Shown: piece after piece, positions 38,994 to 53,900 of the stretch
Layout of the letters: the number at the start of each line of letters is the position of its first letter
How positions within the stretch are numbered: the stretch's first letter is position 1
Origin: Auanema rhodensis
Lineage: Eukaryota; Animalia; Nematoda
Reading direction: 5' to 3'
Assembly (NCBI GenBank): GCA_964057225.1
Contig: OZ059900.1
Span: 14,632,001-14,696,000, forward strand
Length of the DNA stretch: 64,000 nucleotides
The notes under the pieces: generated by a model
What the model was told of the DNA's origin: nothing
Seen by the model: only the letters and a program-made list of their open reading frames with translations
Database searches by the model: none
Program-made: the position numbers and the translations under genes

Positions 38994-41900
38994 AATGTTT
39001 TTGTTCTGATTCATCGTTATTGAATGTTATGCTATTTTTGTTTTCTTCCAAAAGTCGAATTAAAAAGATAATTATTAGAAAAAAGGTTATTTTAAACTTT
39101 CTGTTTTTTCAAAAGTGATTTGAGCTTGTGATATTTTCTAAATTTTTAAACATTTCCATTTAATTTAAGTATTCTATCTCAATTACGATGAAAAAAAATG
39201 GAACGTCAGCGTTAATCAATTGTTCATTGTAACACCAAACTTCAATTAGCTCTTTGAGTAAAGTAGGCCATAAATCAAGATATGTTAGAGACAGTGTTTC
39301 ATTTTTCTACTTTAATTCAAACTCACACTCTTAATGAAAGTTTCTAAGTGCAAATTCAATCCTCGGTAGTATAGTGGTGAGTATCCGCGTCTGTCACATG
39401 CGAGACCCGGGTTCAATTCCCGGCCGGGGAGAATGTTTTTGTTCTGATTCATCGTTATTGAATGTTATGCTATTTTTGTTTTCTTCAAAAAGTCGGATAA
39501 AAACGATAATTATTAGAAAAAAGATTGTTTTAAACTTTCTGCTTTTTCAAAAGTGATTTGAGCTTGTGATTTTTTTTTAAATTTTCAAACATTTCTATTT
39601 AATTTAAGTTTTCTATATTAATTACGATGAAAAAAATTGAAACGTCAGCGTTAATCAATTGTTCATTGTAACACCAAACTTCAATTAGCTCTTTGCGTAA
39701 AGTAGGCCATAAAACAAGATATGTTAGAGACAGTGTTTCATTTTTCTACTTTAATTCAAACTCACACTCTTAATGAAAGTTTCTAAGTGCAAATTCAATC
39801 CTCGGTAGTATAGTGGTGAGTATCCGCGTCTGTCACATGCGAGACCCGGGTTCAATTCCCGGCCGGGGAGAATGTTTTTGTTCTGATTCATCGTTATTGA
39901 ATGTTATGCTAATTTTGTTTTCTTCAAAAAGTCGGATAAAAACGATAATTATTAGAAAAAAGATTGTTTTAAACTTTCTGCTTTTTCAAAAGTGATTTGA
40001 GCTTGTGATTTTTTTTTAAATTTTCAAACATTTCTATTTAATTTAACTGTTCTATATTAATTACGATGAAAAAAATTGAAACGTCAGCGTTAATCAATTG
40101 TTCATTGTAACACCAAACTTCAATTAGCTCTTTGAGTAAAGTAGGCCATAAAACAAGATATGTTAGAGACAGTGTTTCATTTTTCTACTTTAATTCAAAC
40201 TCACACTCTTAATGAAAGTTTCTAAGTGCAAATTCAATCCTCGGTAGTATAGTGGTGAGTATCCGCGTCTGTCACATGCGAGACCCGGGTTCAATTCCCG
40301 GCCGGGGAGAATGTTTTTGTTCTGATTCATCGTTATTGAATGTTATGCTATTTTTGTTCTCTTCAAAAAGTCGGATAAAAACGATAATTATTAGAAAAAA
40401 GATTGTTTTAAACTTTCTGCTTTTTCAAAAGTGATTTGAGCTTGTGATTTTTTTTTAAATTTTCAAACATTTCTATTTAATTTAAGTGTTCTATCTTAAT
40501 TACGATGAAAAAAATTGATACGTCAGCGTTTATCAATCGTTAATTGTAACACCAAACTTCAATTAGCTCTTTGAGTAAAGTAGGCCATAAATCAAGATAT
40601 GTTAGAGACAGTGTTTCATTTTTCTACTTTAATTCAAACTCACACTCTTAATGAAAGTTTCTAAGTGCAAATTCAATCCTCGGTAGTATAGTGGTGAGTA
40701 TCCGCGTCTGTCACATGCGAGACCCGGGTTCAATTCCCGGCCGGGGAGAATGTTTTTGTTCTGATTCATCGTTATTGAATGTTATGCTATTTTTGTTTTC
40801 TTCAAAAAGTCGGATAAAAACGATAATTATTAGAAAAAAGATTATTTTAAACTTTCTGCTTTTTCAAAAGTGATTTGAGCTTGTGATTTTTTTTTAAATT
40901 TTCAAACATTTCTATTTAATTTAAGTGTTCTATCTTAATTACGATGAAAAAAATTGATACGTCAGCGTTTATCAATCGTTAATTGTAACACCAAACTTCA
41001 ATTAGCTCTTTGAGTAAAGTAGGCCATAAATCAAGATATGTTAGAGACAGTGTTTCATTTTTCTACTTTAATTCAAACTCACACTCTTATCGAAAGTTTC
41101 TAAGTGCAAATTCAATCCTCGGTAGTATAGCGGTGAGTATCCGCGTCTGTCACATGCGAGACCCGGGTTCAATTCCCGGCCAAGGAGAATGTTTTTGTTC
41201 TGATTCATCGTTATTGAATGTTATGCTATTTTTGTTTTCTTCAAAAAGTCGGATAAAGACGATAATTATTAGAAAAAAGATTGTTTTAAACTTTCTGCTT
41301 TTTCAAAAGTGATTTGAGCTTGTGATTTTTTTTAAATTTTCAAACATTTCTATTTAATTTAAGTGTTCTATCTTAATTACGATGAAAAAAATTGATACGT
41401 CAGCGTTTATCAATCGTTAATTGTAACACCAAACTTCAATTAGCTCTTTGAGTAAAGTAGGCCATAAATCAAGATATGTTAGAGACAGTGTTTCATTTTT
41501 CTACTATAATTCAAACTCACACTCTTAATGAAAGTTTCTAAGTGCAAATTCAATCCTCGGTAGTATAGTGGTGAGTATCCGCGTCTGTCACATGCGAGAC
41601 CCGGGTTCAATTCCCGGCCGGGGAGAATGTTTTTGTTCTGATTCATCGTTATTGAATGTTATGCTATTTTTGTTTTCTTCAAAAAGTCGGATAAAAACGA
41701 TAATTATTAGAAAAAAGATTATTTTAAACTTTCTGCTTTTTCAAAAGTGATTTGAGCTTGTGATTTTTTTTTAAATTTTCAAACATTTCTATTTAATTTA
41801 AGTGTTCTATCTTAATTACGATGAAAAAAATTGAAACGTCAGCGTTAATCAATCGTTAATTGTAACACCAAACTTCAATTAGCTCTTTGAGTAAAGTAGG

Positions 41901-44900
41901 CCATAAATCAAGATATGTTAGAGACAGTGTTTCATTTTTCTACTTTAATTCAAACTCACACTCTTAATGAAAGTTTCTAAGTGCAAATTCAATCCTCGGT
42001 AGTATAGTGGTGAGTATCCGCGTCTGTCACATGCGAGACCCGGGTTCAATTCCCGGCCGGGGAGAATGTTTTTGTTCTGATTCATCGTTATTGAATGTTA
42101 TGCTATTTTTGTTTTCTTCAAAAAGTCGGATAAAAACGATAATTATTAGAAAAAAGATTGTTTTAAACTTTCTGCTTTTTCAAAAGTGATTTGAGCTTGT
42201 GATTTTTTTTAAAATTTTCAAACATTTCTATTTAATTTAAGTGTTCTATCTTAATTACGATGAAAAAAATTGATACGTCAGCGTTTATCAATCGTTAATT
42301 GTAACACCAAAATTCAATTAGCTCTTTGAGTAAAGTAGGCCATAAATCAAGATATGTTAGAGACAGTGTTTCATTTTTCTACTTTAATTCAAACTCACAC
42401 TCTTAATGAAAGTTTCTAAGTGCAAATTCAATCCTCGGTAGTATAGCGGTGAGTATCCGCGTCTGTCACATGCGAGACCCGGGTTCAATTCCCGGCCAAG
42501 GAGAATGTTTTTGTTCTGATTCATCGTTATTGAATGTTATGCTATTTTTGTTTTCTTCAAAAAGTCGGATAAAGACGATAATTATTAGAAAAAAGATTGT
42601 TTTAAACTTTCTGCTTTTTCAAAAGTGGTTTGAGCTTGTGTTTTTTTTTTAAATTTTCAAACATTTCTATTTAATTTAAGTGTTCTATCTTAATTACGAT
42701 GAAAAAAATTGATACGTCAGCGTTTATCAATCGTTAATTGTAACACCAAACTTCAATTAGCTCTTTGAGTAAAGTAGGCCATAAATCAAGATATGTTAGA
42801 GACAGTGTTTCATTTTTCTACTTTAATTCAAATTCACACTCTTAATGAAAGTTTCTAAGTGCAAATTCAATCCTCGGTAGTATAGTGGTGAGTATCCGCG
42901 TCTGTCACATGCGAGACCCGAGTTCAATTCCCGGCCAAGGAGAATGTTTTTGTTCTGATTCATCGTTATTGAATGTTATGCTATTTTTGTTTTTTTCCAA
43001 AAGTCGGATAAAAAAGATAATTATTAGAAAAAAGATTGTTTTAAACTTTCTGCTTTTTCAAAAGTGGTTTCAGCTTGTGATTTTTTTTTAAATTTTCAAA
43101 CATTTCTATTTAATTTAAGTGTTCTATCTTAATTACGATGAAAAAATTGATACGTCAGCGTTTATCAATCGTTAATTGTAACACCAAACTTCAATTAGCT
43201 CTTTGAGTAAAGTAGGCCATAAATCAAGATATGTTAGAGACAGTGTTTCATTTTTCTACTTTAATTCAAACTCACACTCTTAATGAAAGTTTCTAAGTGC
43301 AAATTCAATCCTCGGTAGTATAGTGGTGAGTATCCGCGTCTGTCACATGCGAGACCCGGGTTCAATTCCCGGCCGGGGAGAATGTTTTTGTTCTGATTCA
43401 TCGTTATTGAATGTTATGCTATTTTTGTTTTCTTCAAAAAGTCGGATAAAGACGATCATTATTAGAAAAAAGATTGTTTTAAACTTTGTGCTTTTTCAAA
43501 AGTGGTTTGAGCTTGTGATTTTTTTTAAATTTTCAAACATTTCCATTTAATTTAAGTGTTCTATCTTAATTACGATGAAAAAAATTGATACGTCAGCGTT
43601 TATCAATCGTTAATTGTAACACCAAACTTCAATTAGCTCTTTGAGTAAAGTAGGCCATAAATCAATATATGTTAGAGACAGTGTTTCATTTTTCTACTTT
43701 AATTCAAACTCACACTCTTAATGAAAGTTTCTAAGTGCAAATTCAATCCTCGGTAGTATAGTGGTGAGTATCCGCGTCTGTCACATGCGAGACCCGGGTT
43801 CAATTCCCGGCCGGGGAGAATGTTTTTGTTCTGATTCATCGTTATTGAATGTTATGCTATTTTTGTTTTCTTCAAAAAGTCGGATAAAGACGATCATTAT
43901 TAGAAAAAAGATTGTTTTAAACTTTGTGCTTTTTCAAAAGTGGTTTGAGCTTGTGATTTTTTTTAAATTTTCAAACATTTCCATTTAATTTAAGTGTTCT
44001 ATCTTAATTACGATGAAAAAAATTGATACGTCAGCGTTTATCAATCGTTAATTGTAACACCAAACTTCAATTAGCTCTTTGAGTAAAGTAGGCCATAAAT
44101 CAATATATGTTAGAGACAGTGTTTCATTTTTCTACTTTAATTCAAACTCACACTCTTAATGAAAGTTTCTAAGTGCAAATTCAATCCTCGGTAGTATAGT
44201 GGTGAGTATCCGCGTCTGTCACATGCGAGACCCGGGTTCAATTCCCGGCCGGGGAGAATGTTTTTGTTCTGATTCATCGTTATTGAATGTTATGCTATTT
44301 TTGTTTTCTTCAAAAAGTCGGATAAAAACGATAATTATTAGAAAAAAGATTGTTTTAAACTTTCTGCTTTTTCAAAAGTGATTTGAGCTTGTGATTTTTT
44401 TCTAAATTTTCAAACATTTCTATTTAATTTAAGTGTTCTATCCTAATTACGATGAAAAAAATTGATACGTCAGCGTTTATCAATCGTTAATTGTAACACC
44501 AAACTTCAATTAGCTCTTTGAGTAAAGTAGGCCATAAGTCAAGATATGTTAGAGACAGTGTTTCATTTTTCTACTTTAATTCAAACTCACACTCTTAATG
44601 AAAGTTTCTAAGTGCAAATTCAATCCTCGGTAGTATAGTGGTGAGTATCCGCGTCTGTCACAAGCGAGACCCGGGTTCAATTCCCGGCCAAGGAGAATGT
44701 TTTTGTTCTGATTCATCGTTATTGAATGTTATGCTATTTTTGTTTTTTTCCAAAAGTCGGATAAAAAAGATAATTATTAGAAAAAAGATTGTTTTAAACT
44801 TTCTGCTTTTTCAAAAGTGGTTTCAGCTTGTGATTTTTTTTTAAATTTTCAAACATTTCTATTTAATTTAAGTGTTCTATCTTAATTACGATGAAAAAAA

Positions 44901-47900
44901 TTGATACGTCAGCGTTTATCAATCGTTAATTGTAACACCAAACTTCAATTAGCTCTTTGAGTAAAGTAGGCCATAAATCAAGATATGTTAGAGACAGTGT
45001 TTCATTTTTCTACTTTAATTCAAACTCACACTCTTAATGAAAGTTTCTAAGTGCAAATTCAATCCTCGGTAGTATAGTGGTGAGTATCCGCGTCTGTCAC
45101 ATGCGAGACCCGGGTTCAATTCCCGGCCGGGGAGAATGTTTTTGTTCTGATTCATCGTTATTGAATGTTATGCTATTTTTGTTTTGTTCAAAAAGTCGGA
45201 TAAAAACGATAATTATTAGAAAAAAGATTGTTTTAAACTTTCTGCTTTTTCAAAAGTGATTTGAGCTTGTGTTTTTTTTCTAAATTGTTAAACATTTCTA
45301 TTTAATTTAAGTGTTCTATCTTATTTACGATGAAAAAAATTGATGCGTCAGCGTTTATCAATCGTTAATTGTAACACCAAACTTCAATTAGCTCTTTGAG
45401 TAAAGTAGGCCATAAATCAAGATATGTTAGAGACAGTGTTTCATTTTTCTACTTTAATTCAAACTCACACTCTTAATGAAAGTTTCTAAGTGCAAATTCA
45501 ATCCTCGGTAGTATAGTGGTGAGTATCCGCGTCTGTCACATGCGAGACCCGGGTTCAATTCCCGGCCGGAGAGAATGTTTTTGTTCTGATTCATCGTTAT
45601 TGAATGTTATGCTATTTTTGTTTTCTTCAAAAAGTCGGATAAAAACGATAATTATTAGAAAAAAGATTGTTTTAAACTTTCTGCTTTTTCAAAAGTGATT
45701 TGAGCTTGTGATTTTTTTTAAATTTTCAAACATTTCTATTTAATTTAAGTGTTCTATCTTAATTACGATGAAAAAAATTGATACGTCAGCGTTTATCAAT
45801 CGTTAATTGTAACACCAAACTTCAATTAGCTCTTTGAGTAAAGTAGGCCATAAGTCAAGATATGTTAGAGACAGTGTTTCATTTTTCTACTTTAATTCAA
45901 ACTCACACTCTTAATGAAAGTTTCTAAGTGCAAATTCAATCCTCGGTAGTATAGTGGTGAGTATCCGCGTCTGTCACATGCGAGACCCGGGTTCAATTCC
46001 CGGCCGGGGAGAATGTTTTTGTTCTGATTCATCGTTATTGAATGTTACGCTATTTTTGTTTTGTTCAAAAAGTCGGATAAAAACGATAATTATTAGAAAA
46101 AAGATTGTTTTAAACTTTCTGCTTTTTCAAAAGTGATTTGAGCTTGTGATTTTTTTTAAATTTTCAAACATTTCTATTTAATTTAAGTGTTCTATCTTAA
46201 TAACGATGAAAAAAATTGATACGTCAGCGTTTATCAATCGTTAATTGTAACACCAAACTTCAATTAGCTCTTTGAGTAAAGTAGGCCATAAATCAAGATA
46301 TGTTAGAGACAGTGTTTCATTTTTCTACTTTAATTCAAACTCACACTCTTAATGAAAGTTTCTAAGTGCAAATTCAATCCTCGGTAGTATAGTGGTGAGT
46401 ATCCGCGTCTGTCACATGCGAGACCCGGGTTCAATTCCCGGCCGGAGAGAATGTTTTTGTTCTGATTCATCGTTATTGAATGTTATGCTATTTTTGTTTT
46501 CTTCAAAAAGTCGGATAAAAACGATAATTATTAGAAAAAAGATTGTTTTAAACTTTCTGCTTTTTCAAAAGTGATTTGAGCTTGTGGTTTTTTTTTAAAT
46601 TTTCAAACATTTCTATTTAATTTAAGTGTTCTATCTTAATTACGATGAAAAAAATTGATACGTCAGCGTTAATCAATCGTTAATTGTAACACCAAACTTC
46701 AATTAGCTCTTTGAGTAAAGTAGGCCATAAATCAAGATATGTTAGAGACAGTGTTTCATTTTTCTACTTTAATTCAAACTCACACTCTTAATGAAAGTTT
46801 CTAAGTGCAAATTCAATCCTCGGTAGTATAGTGGTGAGTATCCGCGTCTGTCACATGCGAGACCCGGGTTCAATTCCCGGCCGGGGAGAATGTTTTTGTT
46901 CTGATTCATCGTTATTGAATGTTATGCTATTTTTGTTTTCTTCAAAAAGTCGGATAAAAACGATAATTATTAGAAAAAAGATTGTTTTAAACTTTCTGCT
47001 TTTTCAAAAGTGATTTGAGCTTGTGATTTTTTTTAAATTTTCAAACATTTCTATTTAATTTAAGTGTTCTATCTTAATTACGATGAAAAAAATTGATACG
47101 TCAGCGTTTATCAATCGTTAATTGTAACACCAAACTTCAATTAGCTCTTTGAGTAAAGTAGGCCATAAATCAAGATATGTTAGAGACAGTGTTTCATTTT
47201 TCTACTTTAATTCAAACTCACACTCTTAATGAAAGTTTCTAAGTGCAAATTCAATCCTCGGTAGTATAGTGGTGAGTATCCGCGTCTGTCACATGCGAGA
47301 CCCGGGTTCAATTCCCGGCCGGGGAGAATGTTTTTGTTCTGATTCATCGTTATTGAATGTTATGCTATTTTTGTTTTCTTCAAAAAGTCGGATAAAAACG
47401 ATAATTATTAGAAAAAAGATTGTTTTAAACATTTCTATTTAATTTAAGTGTTCTATCTTAATTACGATGAAAAAAATTGATACGTCAGCGTTTATCAATC
47501 GTTAATTGTAACACCAAACTTCAATTAGCTCTTTGAGTAAAGTAGGCCATAAGTCAAGATATGTTAGAGACAGTGTTTCATTTTTCTACTTTAATTCAAA
47601 CTCACACTCTTAATGAAAGTTTCTAAGTGCAAATTCAATCCTCGGTAGTATAGTGGTGAGTATCCGCGTCTGTCACAAGCGAGACCCGGGTTCAATTCCC
47701 GGCCAAGGAGAATGTTTTTGTTCTGATTCATCGTTATTGAATGTTATGCTATTTTTGTTTTTTTCCAAAAGTCGGATAAAAAAGATAATTATTAGAAAAA
47801 AGATTGTTTTAAACTTTCTGCTTTTTCAAAAGTGGTTTCAGCTTGTGTTTTTTTTCTAAATTGTTAAACATTTCTATTTAATTTAAGTGTTCTATCTTAT

Positions 47901-50900
47901 TTACGATGAAAAAAATTGATACGTCAGCGTTTATCAATCGTTAATTGTAACACCAAACTTCAATTAGCTCTTTGAGTAAAGTAGGCCATAAATCAAGATA
48001 TGTTAGAGACAGTGTTTCATTTTTCTACTTTAATTCAAACTCACACTCTTAATGAAAGTTTCTAAGTGCAAATTCAATCCTCGGTAGTATAGTGGTGAGT
48101 ATCCGCGTCTGTCACATGCGAGACCCGGGTTCAATTCCCGGCCGGGGAGAATGTTTTTGTTCTGATTCATCGTTATTGAATGTTATGCTATTTTTGTTTT
48201 GTTCAAAAAGTCGGATAAAAACGATAATTATTAGAAAAAAGATTGTTTTAAACTTTCTGCTTTTTCAAAAGTGATTTGAGCTTGTGTTTTTTTTCTAAAT
48301 TGTTAAACATTTCTATTTAATTTAAGTGTTCTATCTTATTTACGATGAAAAAAATTGATACGTCAGCGTTTATCAATCGTTAATTGTAACACCAAACTTC
48401 AATTAGCTCTTTGAGTAAAGTAGGCCATAAATCAAGATATGTTAGAGACAGTGTTTCATTTTTCTACTTTAATTCAAACTCACACTCTTAATGAAAGTTT
48501 CTAAGTGCAAATTCAATCCTCGGTAGTATAGTGGTGAGTATCCGCGTCTGTCACATGCGAGACCCGGGTTCAATTCCCGGCCGGAGAGAATGTTTTTGTT
48601 CTGATTCATCGTTATTGAATGTTATGCTATTTTTGTTTTCTTCAAAAAGTCGGATAAAAACGATAATTATTAGAAAAAAGATTGTTTTAAACTTTCTGCT
48701 TTTTCAAAAGTGATTTGAGCTTGTGATTTTTTTTAAATTTTCAAACATTTCTATTTAATTTAAGTGTTCTATCTTAATTACGATGAAAAAAATTGATACG
48801 TCAGCGTTTATCAATCGTTAATTGTAACACCAAACTTCAATTAGCTCTTTGAGTAAAGTAGGCCATAAGTCAAGATATGTTAGAGACAGTGTTTCATTTT
48901 TCTACTTTAATTCAAACTCACACTCTTAATGAAAGTTTCTAAGTGCAAATTCAATCCTCGGTAGTATAGTGGTGAGTATCCGCGTCTGTCACATGCGAGA
49001 CCCGGGTTCAATTCCCGGCCGGGGAGAATGTTTTTGTTCTGATTCATCGTTATTGAATGTTACGCTATTTTTGTTTTGTTCAAAAAGTCGGATAAAAACG
49101 ATAATTATTAGAAAAAAGATTGTTTTAAACTTTCTGCTTTTTCAAAAGTGATTTGAGCTTGTGATTTTTTTTAAATTTTCAAACATTTCTATTTAATTTA
49201 AGTGTTCTATCTTAATAACGATGAAAAAAATTGATACGTCAGCGTTTATCAATCGTTAATTGTAACACCAAACTTCAATTAGCTCTTTGAGTAAAGTAGG
49301 CCATAAATCAAGATATGTTAGAGACAGTGTTTCATTTTTCTACTTTAATTCAAACTCACACTCTTAATGAAAGTTTCTAAGTGCAAATTCAATCCTCGGT
49401 AGTATAGTGGTGAGTATCCGCGTCTGTCACATGCGAGACCCGGGTTCAATTCCCGGCCGGAGAGAATGTTTTTGTTCTGATTCATCGTTATTGAATGTTA
49501 TGCTATTTTTGTTTTCTTCAAAAAGTCGGATAAAAACGATAATTATTAGAAAAAAGATTGTTTTAAACTTTCTGCTTTTTCAAAAGTGATTTGAGCTTGT
49601 GATTTTTTTTAAATTTTCAAACATTTCTATTTAATTTAAGTGTTCTATCTTAATTACGATGAAAAAAATTGATACGTCAGCGTTTATCAATCGTTAATTG
49701 TAACACCAAACTTCAATTAGCTCTTTGAGTAAAGTAGGCCATAAGTCAAGATATGTTAGAGACAGTGTTTCATTTTTCTACTTTAATTCAAACTCACACT
49801 CTTAATGAAAGTTTCTAAGTGCAAATTCAATCCTCGGTAGTATAGTGGTGAGTATCCGCGTCTGTCACATGCGAGACCCGGGTTCAATTCCCGGCCGGGG
49901 AGAATGTTTTTGTTCTGATTCATCGTTATTGAATGTTACGCTATTTTTGTTTTGTTCAAAAAGTCGGATAAAAACGATAATTATTAGAAAAAAGATTGTT
50001 TTAAACTTTCTGCTTTTTCAAAAGTGATTTGAGCTTGTGATTTTTTTTAAATTTTCAAACATTTCTATTTAATTTAAGTGTTCTATCTTAATAACGATGA
50101 AAAAAATTGATACGTCAGCGTTTATCAATCGTTAATTGTAACACCAAACTTCAATTAGCTCTTTGAGTAAAGTAGGCCATAAATCAAGATATGTTAGAGA
50201 CAGTGTTTCATTTTTCTACTTTAATTCAAACTCACACTCTTAATGAAAGTTTCTAAGTGCAAATTCAATCCTCGGTAGTATAGTGGTGAGTATCCGCGTC
50301 TGTCACATGCGAGACCCGGGTTCAATTCCCGGCCGGAGAGAATGTTTTTGTTCTGATTCATCGTTATTGAATGTTATGCTATTTTTGTTTTCTTCAAAAA
50401 GTCGGATAAAAACGATAATTATTAGAAAAAAGATTGTTTTAAACTTTCTGCTTTTTCAAAAGTGATTTGAGCTTGTGATTTTTTTTTAAATTTTCAAACA
50501 TTTCTATTTAATTTAAGTGTTCTATCTTAATTACGATGAAAAAAATTGATACGTCAGCGTTAATCAATCGTTAATTGTAACACCAAACTTCAATTAGCTC
50601 TTTGAGTAAAGTAGGCCATAAATCAAGATATGTTAGAGACAGTGTTTCATTTTTCTACTTTAATTCAAACTCACACTCTTAATGAAAGTTTCTAAGTGCA
50701 AATTCAATCCTCGGTAGTATAGTGGTGAGTATCCGCGTCTGTCACATGCGAGACCCGGGTTCAATTCCCGGCCGGGGAGAATGTTTTTGTTCTGATTCAT
50801 CGTTATTGAATGTTATGCTATTTTTGTTTTCTTCAAAAAGTCGGATAAAAACGATAATTATTAGAAAAAAGATTGTTTTAAACTTTCTGCTTTTTCAAAA

Positions 50901-53900
50901 GTGATTTGAGCTTGTGATTTTTTTTAAATTTTCAAACATTTCTATTTAATTTAAGTGTTCTATCTTAATTACGATGAAAAAAATTGATACGTCAGCGTTT
51001 ATCAATCGTTAATTGTAACACCAAACTTCAATTAGCTCTTTGAGTAAAGTAGGCCATAAATCAAGATATGTTAGAGACAGTGTTTCATTTTTCTACTTTA
51101 ATTCAAACTCACACTCTTAATGAAAGTTTCTAAGTGCAAATTCAATCCTCGGTAGTATAGTGGTGAGTATCCGCGTCTGTCACATGCGAGACCCGGGTTC
51201 AATTCCCGGCCGGGGAGAATGTTTTTGTTCTGATTCATCGTTATTGAATGTTATGCTATTTTTGTTTTCTTCAAAAAGTCGGATAAAAACGATAATTATT
51301 AGAAAAAAGATTGTTTTAAACATTTCTATTTAATTTAAGTGTTCTATCTTAATTACGATGAAAAAAATTGATACGTCAGCGTTTATCAATCGTTAATTGT
51401 AACACCAAACTTCAATTAGCTCTTTGAGTAAAGTAGGCCATAAGTCAAGATATGTTAGAGACAGTGTTTCATTTTTCTACTTTAATTCAAACTCACACTC
51501 TTAATGAAAGTTTCTAAGTGCAAATTCAATCCTCGGTAGTATAGTGGTGAGTATCCGCGTCTGTCACATGCGAGACCCGGGTTCAATTCCCGGCCGGGGA
51601 GAATGTTTTTGTTCTGATTCATCGTTATTAAATGTTACGCTATTTTTGTTTTGTTCAAAAAGTCGGATAAAAACGATAATTATTAGAAAAAAGATTGTTT
51701 TAAACTTTCTGCTTTTTCAAAAGTGATTTGAGCTTGTGATTTTTTTTAAATTTTCAAACATTTCTATTTAATTTAAGTGTTCTATCTTAATAACGATGAA
51801 AAAAATTGATACGTCAGCGTTTATCAATCGTTAATTGTAACACCAAACTTCAATTAGCTCTTTGAGTAAAGTAGGCCATAAATCAAGATATGTTAGAGAC
51901 AGTGTTTCATTTTTCTACTTTAATTCAAACTCACACTCTTAATGAAAGTTTCTAAGTGCAAATTCAATCCTCGGTAGTATAGTGGTGAGTATCCGCGTCT
52001 GTCACATGCGAGACCCGGGTTCAATTCCCGGCCGGAGAGAATGTTTTTGTTCTGATTCATCGTTATTGAATGTTATGCTATTTTTGTTTTCTTCAAAAAG
52101 TCGGATAAAAACGATAATTATTAGAAAAAAGATTGTTTTAAACTTTCTGCTTTTTCAAAAGTGATTTGAGCTTGTGATTTTTTTTAAATTTTCAAACATT
52201 TCTATTTAATTTAAGTGTTCTATCTTAATTACGATGAAAAAAATTGATACGTCAGCGTTAATCAATCGTTAATTGTAACACCAAACTTCAATTAGCTCTT
52301 TGAGTAAAGTAGGCCATAAATCAAGATATGTTAGAGACAGTGTTTCATTTTTCTACTTTAATTCAAACTCACACTCTTAATGAAAGTTTCTAAGTGCAAA
52401 TTCAATCCTCGGTAGTATAGTGGTGAGTATCCGCGTCTGTCACATGCGAGACCCGGGTTCAATTCCCGGCCGGAGAGAATGTTTTTGTTCTGATTCATCG
52501 TTATTGAATGTTATGCTATTTTTGTTTTCTTCAAAAAGTCGGATAAAAACGATAATTATTAGAAAAAAGATTGTTTTAAACTTTCTGCTTTTTCAAAAGT
52601 GATTTGAGCTTGTGATTTTTTTTTAAATTTTCAAACATTTCTATTTAATTTAAGTGTTCTATCTTAATTACGATGAAAAAAATTGATACGTCAGCGTTAA
52701 TCAATCGTTAATTGTAACACCAAACTTCAATTAGCTCTTTGAGTAAAGTAGGCCATAAATCAAGATATGTTAGAGACAGTGTTTCATTTTTCTACTTTAA
52801 TTCAAACTCACACTCTTAATGAAAGTTTCTAAGTGCAAATTCAATCCTCGGTAGTATAGTGGTGAGTATCCGCGTCTGTCACATGCGAGACCCGGGTTCA
52901 ATTCCCGGCCGGGGAGAATGTTTTTGTTCTGATTCATCGTTATTGAATGTTATGCTATTTTTGTTTTCTTCAAAAAGTCGGATAAAAACGATAATTATTA
53001 GAAAAAAGATTGTTTTAAACTTTCTGCTTTTTCAAAAGTGATTTGAGCTTGTGATTTTTTTTAAATTTTCAAACATTTCTATTTAATTTAAGTGTTCTAT
53101 CTTAATTACGATGAAAAAAATTGATACGTCAGCGTTTATCAATCGTTAATTGTAACACCAAACTTCAATTAGCTCTTTGAGTAAAGTAGGCCATAAATCA
53201 AGATATGTTAGAGACAGTGTTTCATTTTTCTACTTTAATTCAAACTCACACTCTTAATGAAAGTTTCTAAGTGCAAATTCAATCCTCGGTAGTATAGTGG
53301 TGAGTATCCGCGTCTGTCACATGCGAGACCCGGGTTCAATTCCCGGCCGGGGAGAATGTTTTTGTTCTGATTCATCGTTATTGAATGTTATGCTATTTTT
53401 GTTTTCTTCAAAAAGTCGGATAAAAACGATAATTATTAGAAAAAAGATTGTTTTAAACATTTCTATTTAATTTAAGTGTTCTATCTTAATTACGATGAAA
53501 AAAATTGATACGTCAGCGTTTATCAATCGTTAATTGTAACACCAAACTTCAATTAGCTCTTTGAGTAAAGTAGGCCATAAGTCAAGATATGTTAGAGACA
53601 GTGTTTCATTTTTCTACTTTAATTCAAACTCACACTCTTAATGAAAGTTTCTAAGTGCAAATTCAATCCTCGGTAGTATAGTGGTGAGTATCCGCGTCTG
53701 TCACATGCGAGACCCGGGTTCAATTCCCGGCCGGGGAGAATGTTTTTGTTCTGATTCATCGTTATTAAATGTTACGCTATTTTTGTTTTGTTCAAAAAGT
53801 CGGATAAAAACGATAATTATTAGAAAAAAGATTGTTTTAAACTTTCTGCTTTTTCAAAAGTGATTTGAGCTTGTGATTTTTTTTAAATTTTCAAACATTT

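Noticed and set aside
41010-41312. Extended 100 aa ORF (also the - strand ORF at 28705-28911)
   Set aside because: Each arises from substitutions in a single unit that remove a stop codon.
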